Source: an uncultured Verrucomicrobiae bacterium
GTDB lineage: Bacteria > Verrucomicrobiota > Verrucomicrobiia > Chthoniobacterales > JAFAMB01
DNA: 64,000 nucleotides
NCBI GenBank assembly: GCA_963837955.1
Contig: CAWIPH010000002.1
Coordinates: 4,800,001 to 4,864,000 of the forward strand
Direction: 5' to 3'
The notes under the pieces were generated by a model. The model saw nothing but the letters and a program-made list of their open reading frames with translations. It had not been told where the DNA came from and did not search any database. The number at the start of each line of letters is the position of its first letter. Position 1 is the first letter of the stretch. This document shows positions 11,589-20,619 of the stretch, piece after piece. The position numbers and the translations under genes were made by a program.

Positions 11589-12063
11589 ACGCGCGGAAGG
11601 CAACGCCACTCGTGACGAAGCGCCAGAGTGGTCAGGTTTACGATGATCGAAGCCTGTCGGTTCCATAGTTGAACGCGACGGCTATAGCGGACGGCTTTGA
11701 AAGCTACTGGGGTAGTGATACCATTAGAGACTAAACTTCTCATTATCGGTGACTCGGTGATGGGTTGTTTATTAAGCGCCGGGGGACGGTGATGCGCCTC
11801 CCGACGCGCTTTCATATATTGGTCACTGCGCTCGGTGTTCGGGTAACAAGCCCAAGCCGCAATGCGGCCGCACTGATTCGGGCTGGTAGCTTCGCTGGTC
11901 CTTTCTTACCAGCTACGCGTCTTGCGTTACCCTGAGCGACATGCAAAGACAGATGCATTGATGGTCGAGGCTCCGCTCTTCCAAGCGCTATCAAACTTGA
12001 GAATATTTTAGACTGTCAAGCCTAAATATTGGAAGCAGTAGGAAGATGCTGGTGTTCAATGCG

Positions 12064-12393
12064 TTATCGAAATGCAGCGGGCGTGAGATCAGCGACACGA
12101 ATGGGCGGCACACTCTTCGCCTGACGTACGAAGTTGAGAATCTCGGTCTCACACCCAGCCACGAGCACCACATCGACGTCTTTGCTCTTAATTTCCAACA
12201 ACAGCGAACTAAAGTCGGCCGCGTTCAAGCTGTAGCGCTGGTCCATCGCAAGTGTGAACCCGCTCTTTGTCACAAGTGGGCGGGTCCCAATGGCCACGGC
12301 CACATCATTGTTCCAGTACACAAGATCGCTCCCGGGAAATAACGATTGCAGGAGCGTGACGGGATGGTTAAAAGGGCGGAGCATCGGCACCAC
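12064..12393 (-). pseudogene. internal fragment of a branched-chain amino-acid-type ABC substrate-binding protein
   Basis: DFSSLLLEIKSKDVDVVLVAG...FVRQAK resembles LivJ-like type 1 binding proteins; far too short for a full protein. Confidence 0.5.
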
Positions 12394-12572
12394 CTTTTAG
12401 AACGCGGGCGAGGGAAAGTACCGTTTTAGCGTTATCATCGCTCGCGCTAGGAAGATAACCGGTTCGAGCCCCGTTAACTCCGTTCCAGCTTTCCCGCGAG
12501 ATCCTGGCGGCTGTTTCACAATTGTTACAAAAACTTCTTGGCTCGGACGCTTTACTTTGACGTATTATCTTC

Positions 12573-12779
12573 ATGAGCGAGTTCAGCACGCGCCATCGGA
12601 GATTTTATGCTCTGTACTTCAAGGATGATTCTGAGAAGGCAGAAGTTGCTGTAGGGGATTCTATATCAGGAGTTCTCGCCGACGTTCAGGCACGGACGGG
12701 TCGACCTTTCCTTGACTTCCAATTTCGGGAAATCAGTAAGTCGGAATTCGAATCCCTCCATCCGCCTGGAAGGGTTTAG
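12573..12779 (+). CDS. small hypothetical protein
   Basis: 68 aa ATG ORF with plausible composition. Confidence 0.4.
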   Translation: MSEFSTRHRRFYALYFKDDSEKAEVAVGDSISGVLADVQARTGRPFLDFQFREISKSEFESLHPPGRV

Positions 12780-13077
12780 GTTGACCGAACCATGCCGCGA
12801 GTGTCGCGGCCAAAAAAGGGCACAAACAACAGATTTAAGGCCGACGCCACAGTTTCAATGGCGTTCCCGCCGGGCATGTCCGACATATGTGTTGCGGCGT
12901 CGTAAACACTTGCCGAAGGGGCAGCACCTCCGGCGAAAGCGATTCCGGAGCCTATAGCTCTCATCTCGGAGACTGCGGCGAGCTCAATCGAGGGGGACCG
13001 GTCCGGTTGGACGTCTTTCAACTTTACTGGCTTGCGCCGGGCGTTCGCCTGTCGTTCGCTTTACTCACCGGTTCCCG

Positions 13078-13725
13078 ATGCACAATGACCCGATAAAGAA
13101 TACTCAGGTTAGCTATGACCGTTTGGCTGACGAGTATGTCCGGCGGATCTACGACGAGTTGCAACACAAGCCGCTCGATCGCCAAATTCTCGACCAATTC
13201 GCCGCCAGGGTGCAATCTGCCGGCCTGGTGTGTGACCTCGGTTGCGGTCCGGGGCATGTAGCCCGTTACCTTCACGAACGCGGAGTGTGGGTCTGCGGTA
13301 TTGATCTATCGTCCGAGCTCGTCGAGCGCGCTCGCCGCTTGAATCTTGGAATTGAGTTTCAGCAGGGCGATATGTATGCACTCGACGTCGCCGACGCGAC
13401 TTGGTCCGGCATTGCGGCCTTCTATTCTATCATTCACATCCCTCGTATCGATCATCTGCAGGTCTTGTCCGAAATGAGGCGTGTTCTTCGGGAGGACGGT
13501 CTTCTTTTATTGGCGTTTCATCTAGGGAACGAAGTCCGGCATTTCGACGAACTCTGGGGTCAGGTTGTGTCAATCGATTTTCATTTTTTTAGCGCCAGAG
13601 AGGTGGCCGACTCTCTTCGGGCCGCACAATTTGTCGTCGAAGAAATTATCGAAAGAGATCCCTATCGTGAGGTCGAAGCTCAGACGCGTCGTGGTTACAT
13701 CCTGGCTAGGAAGTCAATGAACTGA
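13078..13725 (+). CDS. class I SAM-dependent methyltransferase
   Basis: VCDLGCGPG motif I, GIDLS, YSIIH. Confidence 0.9.
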   Translation: MHNDPIKNTQVSYDRLADEYVRRIYDELQHKPLDRQILDQFAARVQSAGLVCDLGCGPGHVARYLHERGVWVCGIDLSSELVERARRLNLGIEFQQGDMYALDVADATWSGIAAFYSIIHIPRIDHLQVLSEMRRVLREDGLLLLAFHLGNEVRHFDELWGQVVSIDFHFFSAREVADSLRAAQFVVEEIIERDPYREVEAQTRRGYILARKSMN

Positions 13726-13753
13726 TCAATTCCAAATTTTAGATTCTGGAGCT

Positions 13754-14686
13754 CTATTTGCCTATCGGTGTTACTTCCAACTTAACTCCAAGCCGCTGTT
13801 GGAACTCTTGCGGATTAGTGAATACCGGGTCCTTGAGGCTGATAGGCTTGTCGGGATGAGATGAAAATTTGATGCGGCTGCGCTGCTTGAAGATTTGCGC
13901 CAGCGGCGCTCGGTAGGCAGACAAACTATCCGGCAGCCGGCTCGTTAGCTGCTGCTGTGCCGTAAGTCGAAATTGTTCTTTGGTCGACCCGGTAATTCTT
14001 GAACCCCAATCGACGATTCGATCGGTGAGCCCGAGATCTACTAACTCGCTATCGAGAGAAACGAAACTGGCGCCTGTCAGCAACTGGTCCAAGATTTGGG
14101 GCTTTACTCCAACCGACAGCCCGCTCCCCTGCGCGATATCCTTCCAGTTGTCGACGTTAACGTCGTTGTATTGCAGTTGAACATTTGCGTCGACGAGATC
14201 TTCGACATGGATCGCATAACGGCGGATCTTGAGGGTTCGGTCGCCTGAATTGATGGCCACGTTGCATTGCAGGGTTCCTTTCACCGTGTTTAAGCCAGTC
14301 ACCACCATGGCCAACTCCAATTGCGGATTGGTAACACAAGCAGGCGTCACCAAAAAATTGTCCACTGTAAAGTTCACTTCCATAGGCACGCCGTTCTCCT
14401 CACGAAATTGATCAATTCGGAGCTCGACGATTTTCACCGGCGACGCAGATTCGCTCAGCTTGATCTCTACGTCGTACAGTAAGGTTGCACCGGTAAGCAG
14501 ATTGTAGTTGGCGTCGCGGTACCTAACGTTTTTTTCCAGGTTCAAGGATTTAATCGTCTCGGTTATTTTGCCTTGCGCGTACTGGTTTACGAAGAATGCA
14601 CCGCCCCACCAAGCGACACCGACCAACGCGAGGATTACGATCAAGACAAAGATAAGGCGCCTGGGTAGGCGGGTCTCTGTAGCCAT
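13754..14686 (-). CDS. membrane-anchored periplasmic hypothetical protein
   Basis: RRLIFVLIVILALVGVAWW anchor followed by a beta-rich domain. Confidence 0.75.
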   Translation of the reverse strand: MATETRLPRRLIFVLIVILALVGVAWWGGAFFVNQYAQGKITETIKSLNLEKNVRYRDANYNLLTGATLLYDVEIKLSESASPVKIVELRIDQFREENGVPMEVNFTVDNFLVTPACVTNPQLELAMVVTGLNTVKGTLQCNVAINSGDRTLKIRRYAIHVEDLVDANVQLQYNDVNVDNWKDIAQGSGLSVGVKPQILDQLLTGASFVSLDSELVDLGLTDRIVDWGSRITGSTKEQFRLTAQQQLTSRLPDSLSAYRAPLAQIFKQRSRIKFSSHPDKPISLKDPVFTNPQEFQQRLGVKLEVTPIGK

Positions 14687-14868
14687 AAGGAAACTCGGAC
14701 GGATCCTACCAATCCGCCCGTGGAAGGGAATTGAAATCGGCCGCACTTTCGCTCACGGGTGGCGTTCCAAAAGCCAGACCTTCGAAGCCAAAGGAAAATC
14801 GTGCCTTTCCCGATTCCCTCCCTGAAGGTAGTCTATGGCGACGGTTCGAACCTTAGGTGCCCGATTAT

Positions 14869-15501
14869 ATGCTCGCCCATTCTTCGTTTTGCGCGGCCAC
14901 CACGAACTTTCTTCCGGCATTTGATCAGTCGTGGCTGATTGCCTGCGTATTCACGGTAACTTATTTCGCGCCAGCTTTGGTCGCCTTTTTCAGACGCCAA
15001 CAAAACCGCTGGTTCATTTTGATATTGAACTTTTTGTTCGGTTGGACGCTGGTGGGCTGGATTATCTGCCTGGCCTGGGCGGCACGCGCACCGTCCGGCG
15101 AGCCGGTGGTTATGGTGCAACCCGTTCCCCAACTCCCATCCGGCTCGATCGCTTCTTTTCAGCCGGCGCCTGGCGCCACCTTTACTCAGCTCGACCCGGC
15201 TGTCGCAGAAAGTATGCATTTCCAGACCGACGAGTCGGAATTCTTCAACCGACGCCGTCACTCCATCAAACGCTTTCTTTTCCGGCTCGCGGCGGCCGGG
15301 ATCGCTTTAGCCGTTATCGCGGGAATCACAGCTTCGCAGTGGCAACCGAGGCCTTCCAGTCTGCCTCCATCCTCGTCTCCGAAAAACCGAATCCATCGTG
15401 TCCCGCAACTTCGGAACATTGATCCTTACATGCCTCCTAGTACCCCGCTGAAGCGACGTTATGCTCCGCCGGCTTTGGAATCGCACGAGGGGTACTACTG
15501 A
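14869..15501 (+). CDS. superinfection immunity (T4 Imm-like) domain membrane protein with C-terminal extension
   Basis: YFAPALVAFFRRQQNRWFILILNFLFGWTLVGWIICLAWA matches the Imm_superinfect pattern; extra TM segment and Pro-rich tail. Confidence 0.75.
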   Translation: MLAHSSFCAATTNFLPAFDQSWLIACVFTVTYFAPALVAFFRRQQNRWFILILNFLFGWTLVGWIICLAWAARAPSGEPVVMVQPVPQLPSGSIASFQPAPGATFTQLDPAVAESMHFQTDESEFFNRRRHSIKRFLFRLAAAGIALAVIAGITASQWQPRPSSLPPSSSPKNRIHRVPQLRNIDPYMPPSTPLKRRYAPPALESHEGYY

Positions 15502-15677
15502 GTGGGTTACAGGTTGCAGGTTGGAATTCGTTGGGAAGATCTCTCCCTCCCCCAGCAGCGCGCATCCCGACCCATTTGATCTCGGACCCCAGCCGCGAAG
15601 CCCTAGAATCATTTTCGGTTGCAAAAATTTCCGGCAAAGCTATCTAATCCGTCCACCTTTTACCGGAGGGAGACGCT

Positions 15678-16040
15678 ATGCACATCATTGAAAAGATCGA
15701 GAAAGAGCAGTTTAAGAGTGACATCACCCCGTTTCGGGTCGGCGACACGGTAAAGGTGCATACGCGAGTCGTCGAAGGGGACAAGGAACGAATTCAGCTT
15801 TTTAGCGGGATTGTTATCGCCCGTCGCGGTATTGGGCTAAACGCCTGCTTCACCGTTCGCCGAATCTCCTACGGAGAAGGCGTGGAACGCGTGTTTCCGC
15901 TGCATTCACCGCGTATAGCGAAGATTGAAGTTGAGCGCGCGGGTAGCGTTCGCCGAGCAAAACTGAATTACCTGAAGAATCGAAAAGGTAAGCAGGCCGT
16001 CTCGGTGAAAGATAAGAATCAGAAGGAACAGGCAAACTGA
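15678..16040 (+). CDS. rplS: 50S ribosomal protein L19
   Basis: [47 protein letters not shown]. Confidence 0.98.
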   Translation: MHIIEKIEKEQFKSDITPFRVGDTVKVHTRVVEGDKERIQLFSGIVIARRGIGLNACFTVRRISYGEGVERVFPLHSPRIAKIEVERAGSVRRAKLNYLKNRKGKQAVSVKDKNQKEQAN

Positions 16041-16110
16041 ATCCAGAATCTGAAATCTGGAAGGGCGCCGATCGGTAACGGTCCCGCGGCCGCCGCGAGA
16101 CCCAACGCGG

Positions 16111-16231
16111 GGAGGGATCGCGTCCCCGCGATCCGTTGTGGCCGGACCCAAGCGCGTTTGTATACCAAGGGTCAAATTGCGTCCCCGAGGTTAGAGATCG
16201 TTTTCGCGGCGCGCGGGGACGCGCGCCCTCC
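16111..16231. repeat. inverted GGAG-type REP doublet (REPIN-like)
   Basis: GGAGGGATCGCGTCCCCGCGATCCG (16111-16135) and, on the minus strand, GGAGGGCGCGCGTCCCCGCGCGCCG (16207-16231); both fold into hairpins with a TCCC loop. Confidence 0.75.
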
Positions 16232-16323
16232 CGGCGATGGAGCAGGCAAACCATTCTTATGTTGACGCGACGCGGCCGCGGGATCCTCGGTCGCCACAGA
16301 TGCAGCATTAAAATCCCTGCCTC

Positions 16324-17097
16324 TTAGTAGAATCCGCCCCTAGATCGAATCGTCTGCCCAGTGATCCAATCGGCCTCTGGACTGGCTAAAAAAGCCACGA
16401 GTCGCGCGGCGTCTTTCGGCTCGCCGAGCCGCCCCAGAGAATATCGCGGAAGCAGCGCCTGTTGCTCTTCTGGAGTCATCCAGCCAGTGTCGGTTGGACC
16501 CGGATCTACCGCATTTACCGTGATGCCGTATTTCCCAACCTCGCTCGCAAAAGTGATGGTAAAAGCATCCAAAGCAGCCTTCGTTACGGCGTAAGCAACC
16601 TCACCGGGCATCGGACCTAGCATCTGACCGGAAGTCATAGAGATGATCCGACGAGCACCCTTTTCGGCGAAGCGCCGGACGAATTCAATACTCAGCAAGA
16701 TCGGAGCACGGGCATTGACCGCGTAATGCAGATCCAACGACGCTGCGTCTAGAGTTGCGATGGAATCACGAGATGAAACACACGCATTATTGATCAATAG
16801 ATGAGCCCGATCGAAGCGGCCCGAAACCGCTTCCCACAATGCGGCCGGCGACTCCGAAAGACTCAAATCGAAAGGCAACCATTCCAGTTCAGATCCGGAA
16901 CCTCGCAATTCGCTTAAGAATCGATCCAATCCGGAATCGCCACTCTCGAGAGACTCACCTTGATCATAGGCTGGCCACCCAGTAAGAAACAGATTCGCTC
17001 CCAACGCTGCCAGTTCCCTGCAGATGGCCGCGCCGATCCCCTGCGGGCGGCTAACACCGGTAACGATTGCTACCTGCCCGTGCAAGACTTTCTCCAT
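16324..17097 (-). CDS. SDR family oxidoreductase
   Basis: TGVSRPQGIG, LINNA, YAVTK, VNAVDPGPTDT. Confidence 0.92.
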   Translation of the reverse strand: MEKVLHGQVAIVTGVSRPQGIGAAICRELAALGANLFLTGWPAYDQGESLESGDSGLDRFLSELRGSGSELEWLPFDLSLSESPAALWEAVSGRFDRAHLLINNACVSSRDSIATLDAASLDLHYAVNARAPILLSIEFVRRFAEKGARRIISMTSGQMLGPMPGEVAYAVTKAALDAFTITFASEVGKYGITVNAVDPGPTDTGWMTPEEQQALLPRYSLGRLGEPKDAARLVAFLASPEADWITGQTIRSRGGFY

Positions 17098-17120
17098 ACC
17101 GGCGCAGCGCTCCAGCTCCT

Positions 17121-17984
17121 TTAGAACCGCATTATGGCCTCGACCAACGGAGTCACGTATCCGCCCACTTCGATTCCGTCGTCGTTGATCTGCACATGCA
17201 GAATGCTGCGCCGGCCCATCTTTGTGCCCTGTTCACTCACCAACCGCGTTCCCGATTCGCGAGACGCTAACCCGTGCTTCATTAGATAAACAGCCAATGG
17301 ACCTGTCGCACTACCGGTGGCTGGATCCTCAATGACGCCATGTTCCGGCGCGAACATCCGCGAGTAGGCGCCTTCAGGTGTTGGAGCAAATACGAAAACA
17401 CAAAGCAGCTCGGTCGATTCGGCCTTGAGTGGCTCTAACGAACGAAGCCAAGCACGATCGACCGTCGCAACATCTTTGACGGCGATATAGAGGTGCGGGT
17501 TCCCGGCGCTCAAGATCTGCGGCGGGATGTCCAAGAGATCGCTTCGAGTTAAACCCAGCGACTGCGCACAAATGTTGGGATCAACCGTTCTTCCCTCCAC
17601 GACCGGTGGAGTTTGCATCCAGATCAAAGGTCTTTCTCCTGGTTCTACCCGGATTGGAATCGGTCCGATCAATTCTTCCAAACAGAACCGGTCTAGCCGA
17701 GCAATTCCTTCATCAAGCAGGATGTAGCTGGTGCCAATCGTCGGATGGCCGGCAAAGGGCATCTCACGGGCTGGCGTAAAAATCCGAAGGCGGGCCACAC
17801 AATCGGAACGGGTCGATGGTAAAACGAACACCGTTTCCGAAAGGTTCAACTCTTTAGCGATGCGTTGCATGGTCGCCTCATCGAGGCCGCGCGCATCCGA
17901 AAAAACAGCGAGAGGATTACCCTCAAGCGGGTTCTCGGTAAATACATCGACCACCCGATAGCGATAGGTTTTCGCTGACTGCAT
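17121..17984 (-). CDS. PhzF family isomerase/epimerase
   Basis: VDVFT...GNPLAV, LSETVF, EMPFAGHPT, EDPATGSA, EQG. Confidence 0.93.
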   Translation of the reverse strand: MQSAKTYRYRVVDVFTENPLEGNPLAVFSDARGLDEATMQRIAKELNLSETVFVLPSTRSDCVARLRIFTPAREMPFAGHPTIGTSYILLDEGIARLDRFCLEELIGPIPIRVEPGERPLIWMQTPPVVEGRTVDPNICAQSLGLTRSDLLDIPPQILSAGNPHLYIAVKDVATVDRAWLRSLEPLKAESTELLCVFVFAPTPEGAYSRMFAPEHGVIEDPATGSATGPLAVYLMKHGLASRESGTRLVSEQGTKMGRRSILHVQINDDGIEVGGYVTPLVEAIMRF

Positions 17985-17998
17985 GGCTTATCCCTAGC

Positions 17999-18538
17999 TC
18001 AGAATTGGGCGTCGTCGCTAATATTTTCCTGCGCGTCGCGATCTGCGTCGGTAAGTGGGCGCTGCAGAAAAACGAGATCGAGCCAACGACCAAACTTGCG
18101 TCCGACTTCCCGCAAATGCGCCACCGGTTCAAAGCCGAGTTTCCGATGGAGATGGATCGAGGCTGCATTGTCGGCATCGATGCCTCCGATCATGACATGC
18201 TTACCCAAAGCCACTGCGCGCGGAAAGAGGGCTTTGATCAACGCAGTTCCAACACCACGGTTTCGAGCGTCGACCCGTACATGTACGGAATGCTCTATGG
18301 TGAAGCGATAGCAGGGCCAAGGGCGAAAATCCCCGAAAGATGCGAACCCGAGCACTTTGTTGTCATCTAGCGCAACCAGAACAGGGTAACGCAAGGCGGT
18401 CCGGATTTGCCACCATTCAAGACGACTTTCGAGAGTAACCGGCTCTTCGCTGTAGACCGCGGTGGTAGTGGCGATCACATCATTATAGATCTCGAGGATG
18501 CCGGATAGATGCCGCTCCTCCGCATCGGCAATGAACAT
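17999..18538 (-). CDS. GNAT N-acetyltransferase (phosphinothricin/methionine sulfoximine acetyltransferase-like)
   Basis: EIYN, EHSVHV, RNRGVG, NAASIHLHRKLGF, GRKFGRWLD. Confidence 0.9.
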   Translation of the reverse strand: MFIADAEERHLSGILEIYNDVIATTTAVYSEEPVTLESRLEWWQIRTALRYPVLVALDDNKVLGFASFGDFRPWPCYRFTIEHSVHVRVDARNRGVGTALIKALFPRAVALGKHVMIGGIDADNAASIHLHRKLGFEPVAHLREVGRKFGRWLDLVFLQRPLTDADRDAQENISDDAQF

Positions 18539-18694
18539 TCGGCGAAGTTAGTGAAAGGAGAATCTAGAATCCAGAAATTAGAGTCAAGAAGGGCCAGCGA
18601 CCTTTTACCTGGGGCGTGATTTAGGAACGCCGCAGTTGCTACATACCATCCTCCGGTCTTCTATCTCTGGTATTCTGTTTCCGCTTGCTCTCCT

Positions 18695-18719
18695 GCTTAC
18701 TTTGTGACACAAAGTAAGC
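18695..18719. promoter_or_regulatory. perfect palindromic operator
   Basis: GCTTACTTTGTG-A-CACAAAGTAAGC ending 5 bp before the ATG at 18725. Confidence 0.75.
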
Positions 18720-18724
18720 CAGCC

Positions 18725-19369
18725 ATGGACTCACAATCAGCTGAGGATCATCTGCGTATCATTCGCGAATTGATGGAACGCGCCACCATCTACCGAACGA
18801 TCTCGGTTCCAGCAGCCCTCTTTTGCGGTTTCCTGGCGCTCGTTGTAGCCCTGTTCGCCCTGGTGCCTGGGCCACTCCGACCGGTTTTTTGGCATTATTT
18901 TGTTCCAGTCTGGATCGTCGTCTTCCTGCTCAGCGCTACGGCCAATACGCTGTTTCTGCTGCGCTCGGCCAGAGAGAGAAAAGAGCCATTTCCTTCTCGT
19001 CGATTCCTAACCGCGCTGCTGGCGATTTGCCCAGCGTTCTTGGTTGCGGCCGCGTTGACGATCTTACTCGCCCCCCACCGGGGCGCCGAACTTCTTATCG
19101 CAATCTGTTGGATCGCGATGTACGGCATAGCCCTTTTGTCGACGTCGACCTTCGCCCCCCGATCGATCGCGATACTCGGTTGGGCGTTTGTGGTAACCAG
19201 TTGCCTCTGCTTTGGATTGCTAACGCAGGACTACATCTTCTTTAAAGGTGGCCGGCACTTGGCCTTGGAAGAGTTAGGTTACTTCGCGATGGCCGCGACC
19301 TTTGGGCTCTACCATATCATCTACGGACTTGCGGTGATGTTCTATGGCCGCCACCACGGGAATGGTTGA
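18725..19369 (+). CDS. multi-pass membrane protein (putative sensor partner of the downstream HTH regulator)
   Basis: HLRIIRELMERAT N-terminal helix then about six TM segments; overlaps the HTH gene start. Confidence 0.85.
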   Translation: MDSQSAEDHLRIIRELMERATIYRTISVPAALFCGFLALVVALFALVPGPLRPVFWHYFVPVWIVVFLLSATANTLFLLRSARERKEPFPSRRFLTALLAICPAFLVAAALTILLAPHRGAELLIAICWIAMYGIALLSTSTFAPRSIAILGWAFVVTSCLCFGLLTQDYIFFKGGRHLALEELGYFAMAATFGLYHIIYGLAVMFYGRHHGNG

Positions 19370-19658
19370 TTTCAATAAACTTGACCGAACAATTCACGAG
19401 AAAGGACGGCTGGCGATTATGACATTGTTAGCGACTCGGCCACGCTGGGCATTTCCGGAATTGAAAAGCGAACTGCAGATGAGTGACGGCAACCTGGTCA
19501 CCCATTTGCGGACATTGCATCAGGCCGGCTACGTCGCGGTGACGAAAGAAGTGCTGGATCGGCCGCAGACCAGCTATGCAATGACGGACCGGGGACGCTC
19601 CGCGTTCAAAAGTTATATCGAGACCTTGGAGGAAATCGTGAAACTCGGACGCCTCTAA
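19362..19658 (+). CDS. winged helix-turn-helix transcriptional regulator (HTH_34/ArsR-like)
   Basis: LDRTIHEKGRLAIM, FPELK, SDGNLVTHLRTL..AGY. Confidence 0.9.
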   Translation: MVDFNKLDRTIHEKGRLAIMTLLATRPRWAFPELKSELQMSDGNLVTHLRTLHQAGYVAVTKEVLDRPQTSYAMTDRGRSAFKSYIETLEEIVKLGRL

Positions 19659-19671
19659 AAAAATTTATCCA

Positions 19672-19693
19672 CTTACTTTGTCATACAAAGCAA
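19672..19693. promoter_or_regulatory. second, degenerate copy of the operator
   Basis: CTTACTTTGT-CAT-ACAAAGCAA upstream of ispH. Confidence 0.7.
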
Positions 19694-19738
19694 ATGCACG
19701 CTATCTAGTCACACTGTTTCAAAAATCTAACCAAGCTC

Positions 19739-20572
19739 ATGAAAGTCATTCTAGCCAAGCATTACGGCGTCTGTTTCGGAGTACGCGACGCTCTCAAACA
19801 GGCGGAAGAATCCGCCCAACGCGGTCAACTAACTATTCTGGGTGAGATCGTTCACAACCCGATCGCCAAAGAACGGCTCGTCTCCCTCGGCGCGATCGAA
19901 TCTTCACTCGACGCTTCTGGCGCCAAAACGCGGCAGGTAATGATTACGGCACACGGAGCTTCAGATCGGGCGATCGCTGCTTGGCAGGAGCGCGGGTACG
20001 AGATCGTCAATGGCACCTGTCCACTCGTGCAGCACGCTCACCACGCCTTGCGGGAACTGGTGCAACAAGGCGATCACCCCACGGTGATCGGTAAGCGGGA
20101 CCACGTGGAAGTTCGAGGTTTGATCGGTGACTTTCCCGACGCGAGCGTAATTGAAACAACCGAAGATATCGAGTCGCTTCCCGCTGTTTCCGCTTTCGGC
20201 GTCGTTGCCCAAACAACCCAGCCGATTGATCGAGTTCACTGGTTTGTTGAGGAACTGAAGGCCCAGCGACCCGACGCAGTGGTACATTTCCGCGACACCG
20301 TTTGTCAGCCAACCAAGAACCGGCAGACGGCGTTACGCGACCTCCTTTCCGAAGTCGACGCCGTGGTTGTCGTTGGCGGAAAAAACAGCAACAACACCCT
20401 GCAGCTGTTGAGCACCTGCCGGAAAACGGGCACACCGAGCTTTCACATCGAACGGGTCGAAGAGCTGATCCCGAGTTGGTTTAAGGGCTTTGAAACGGTC
20501 GGAGTTACGGCGGGAACCTCGACCTTACGGGAGACGGTCGAAGCGGTGCGGGCCTGGCTACAAGGGCTTTAA
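19739..20572 (+). CDS. ispH: 4-hydroxy-3-methylbut-2-enyl diphosphate reductase
   Basis: GVCFGV, IVHN, TAHG, TCPLV, QTT, DTVC, SNN, TAGTST; three Fe-S cysteines intact. Confidence 0.95.
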   Translation: MKVILAKHYGVCFGVRDALKQAEESAQRGQLTILGEIVHNPIAKERLVSLGAIESSLDASGAKTRQVMITAHGASDRAIAAWQERGYEIVNGTCPLVQHAHHALRELVQQGDHPTVIGKRDHVEVRGLIGDFPDASVIETTEDIESLPAVSAFGVVAQTTQPIDRVHWFVEELKAQRPDAVVHFRDTVCQPTKNRQTALRDLLSEVDAVVVVGGKNSNNTLQLLSTCRKTGTPSFHIERVEELIPSWFKGFETVGVTAGTSTLRETVEAVRAWLQGL

Positions 20573-20619
20573 CGCAGGAACAAATCGCTGATAGCAAATC
20601 GCCGATCTCCAATTTGGCT

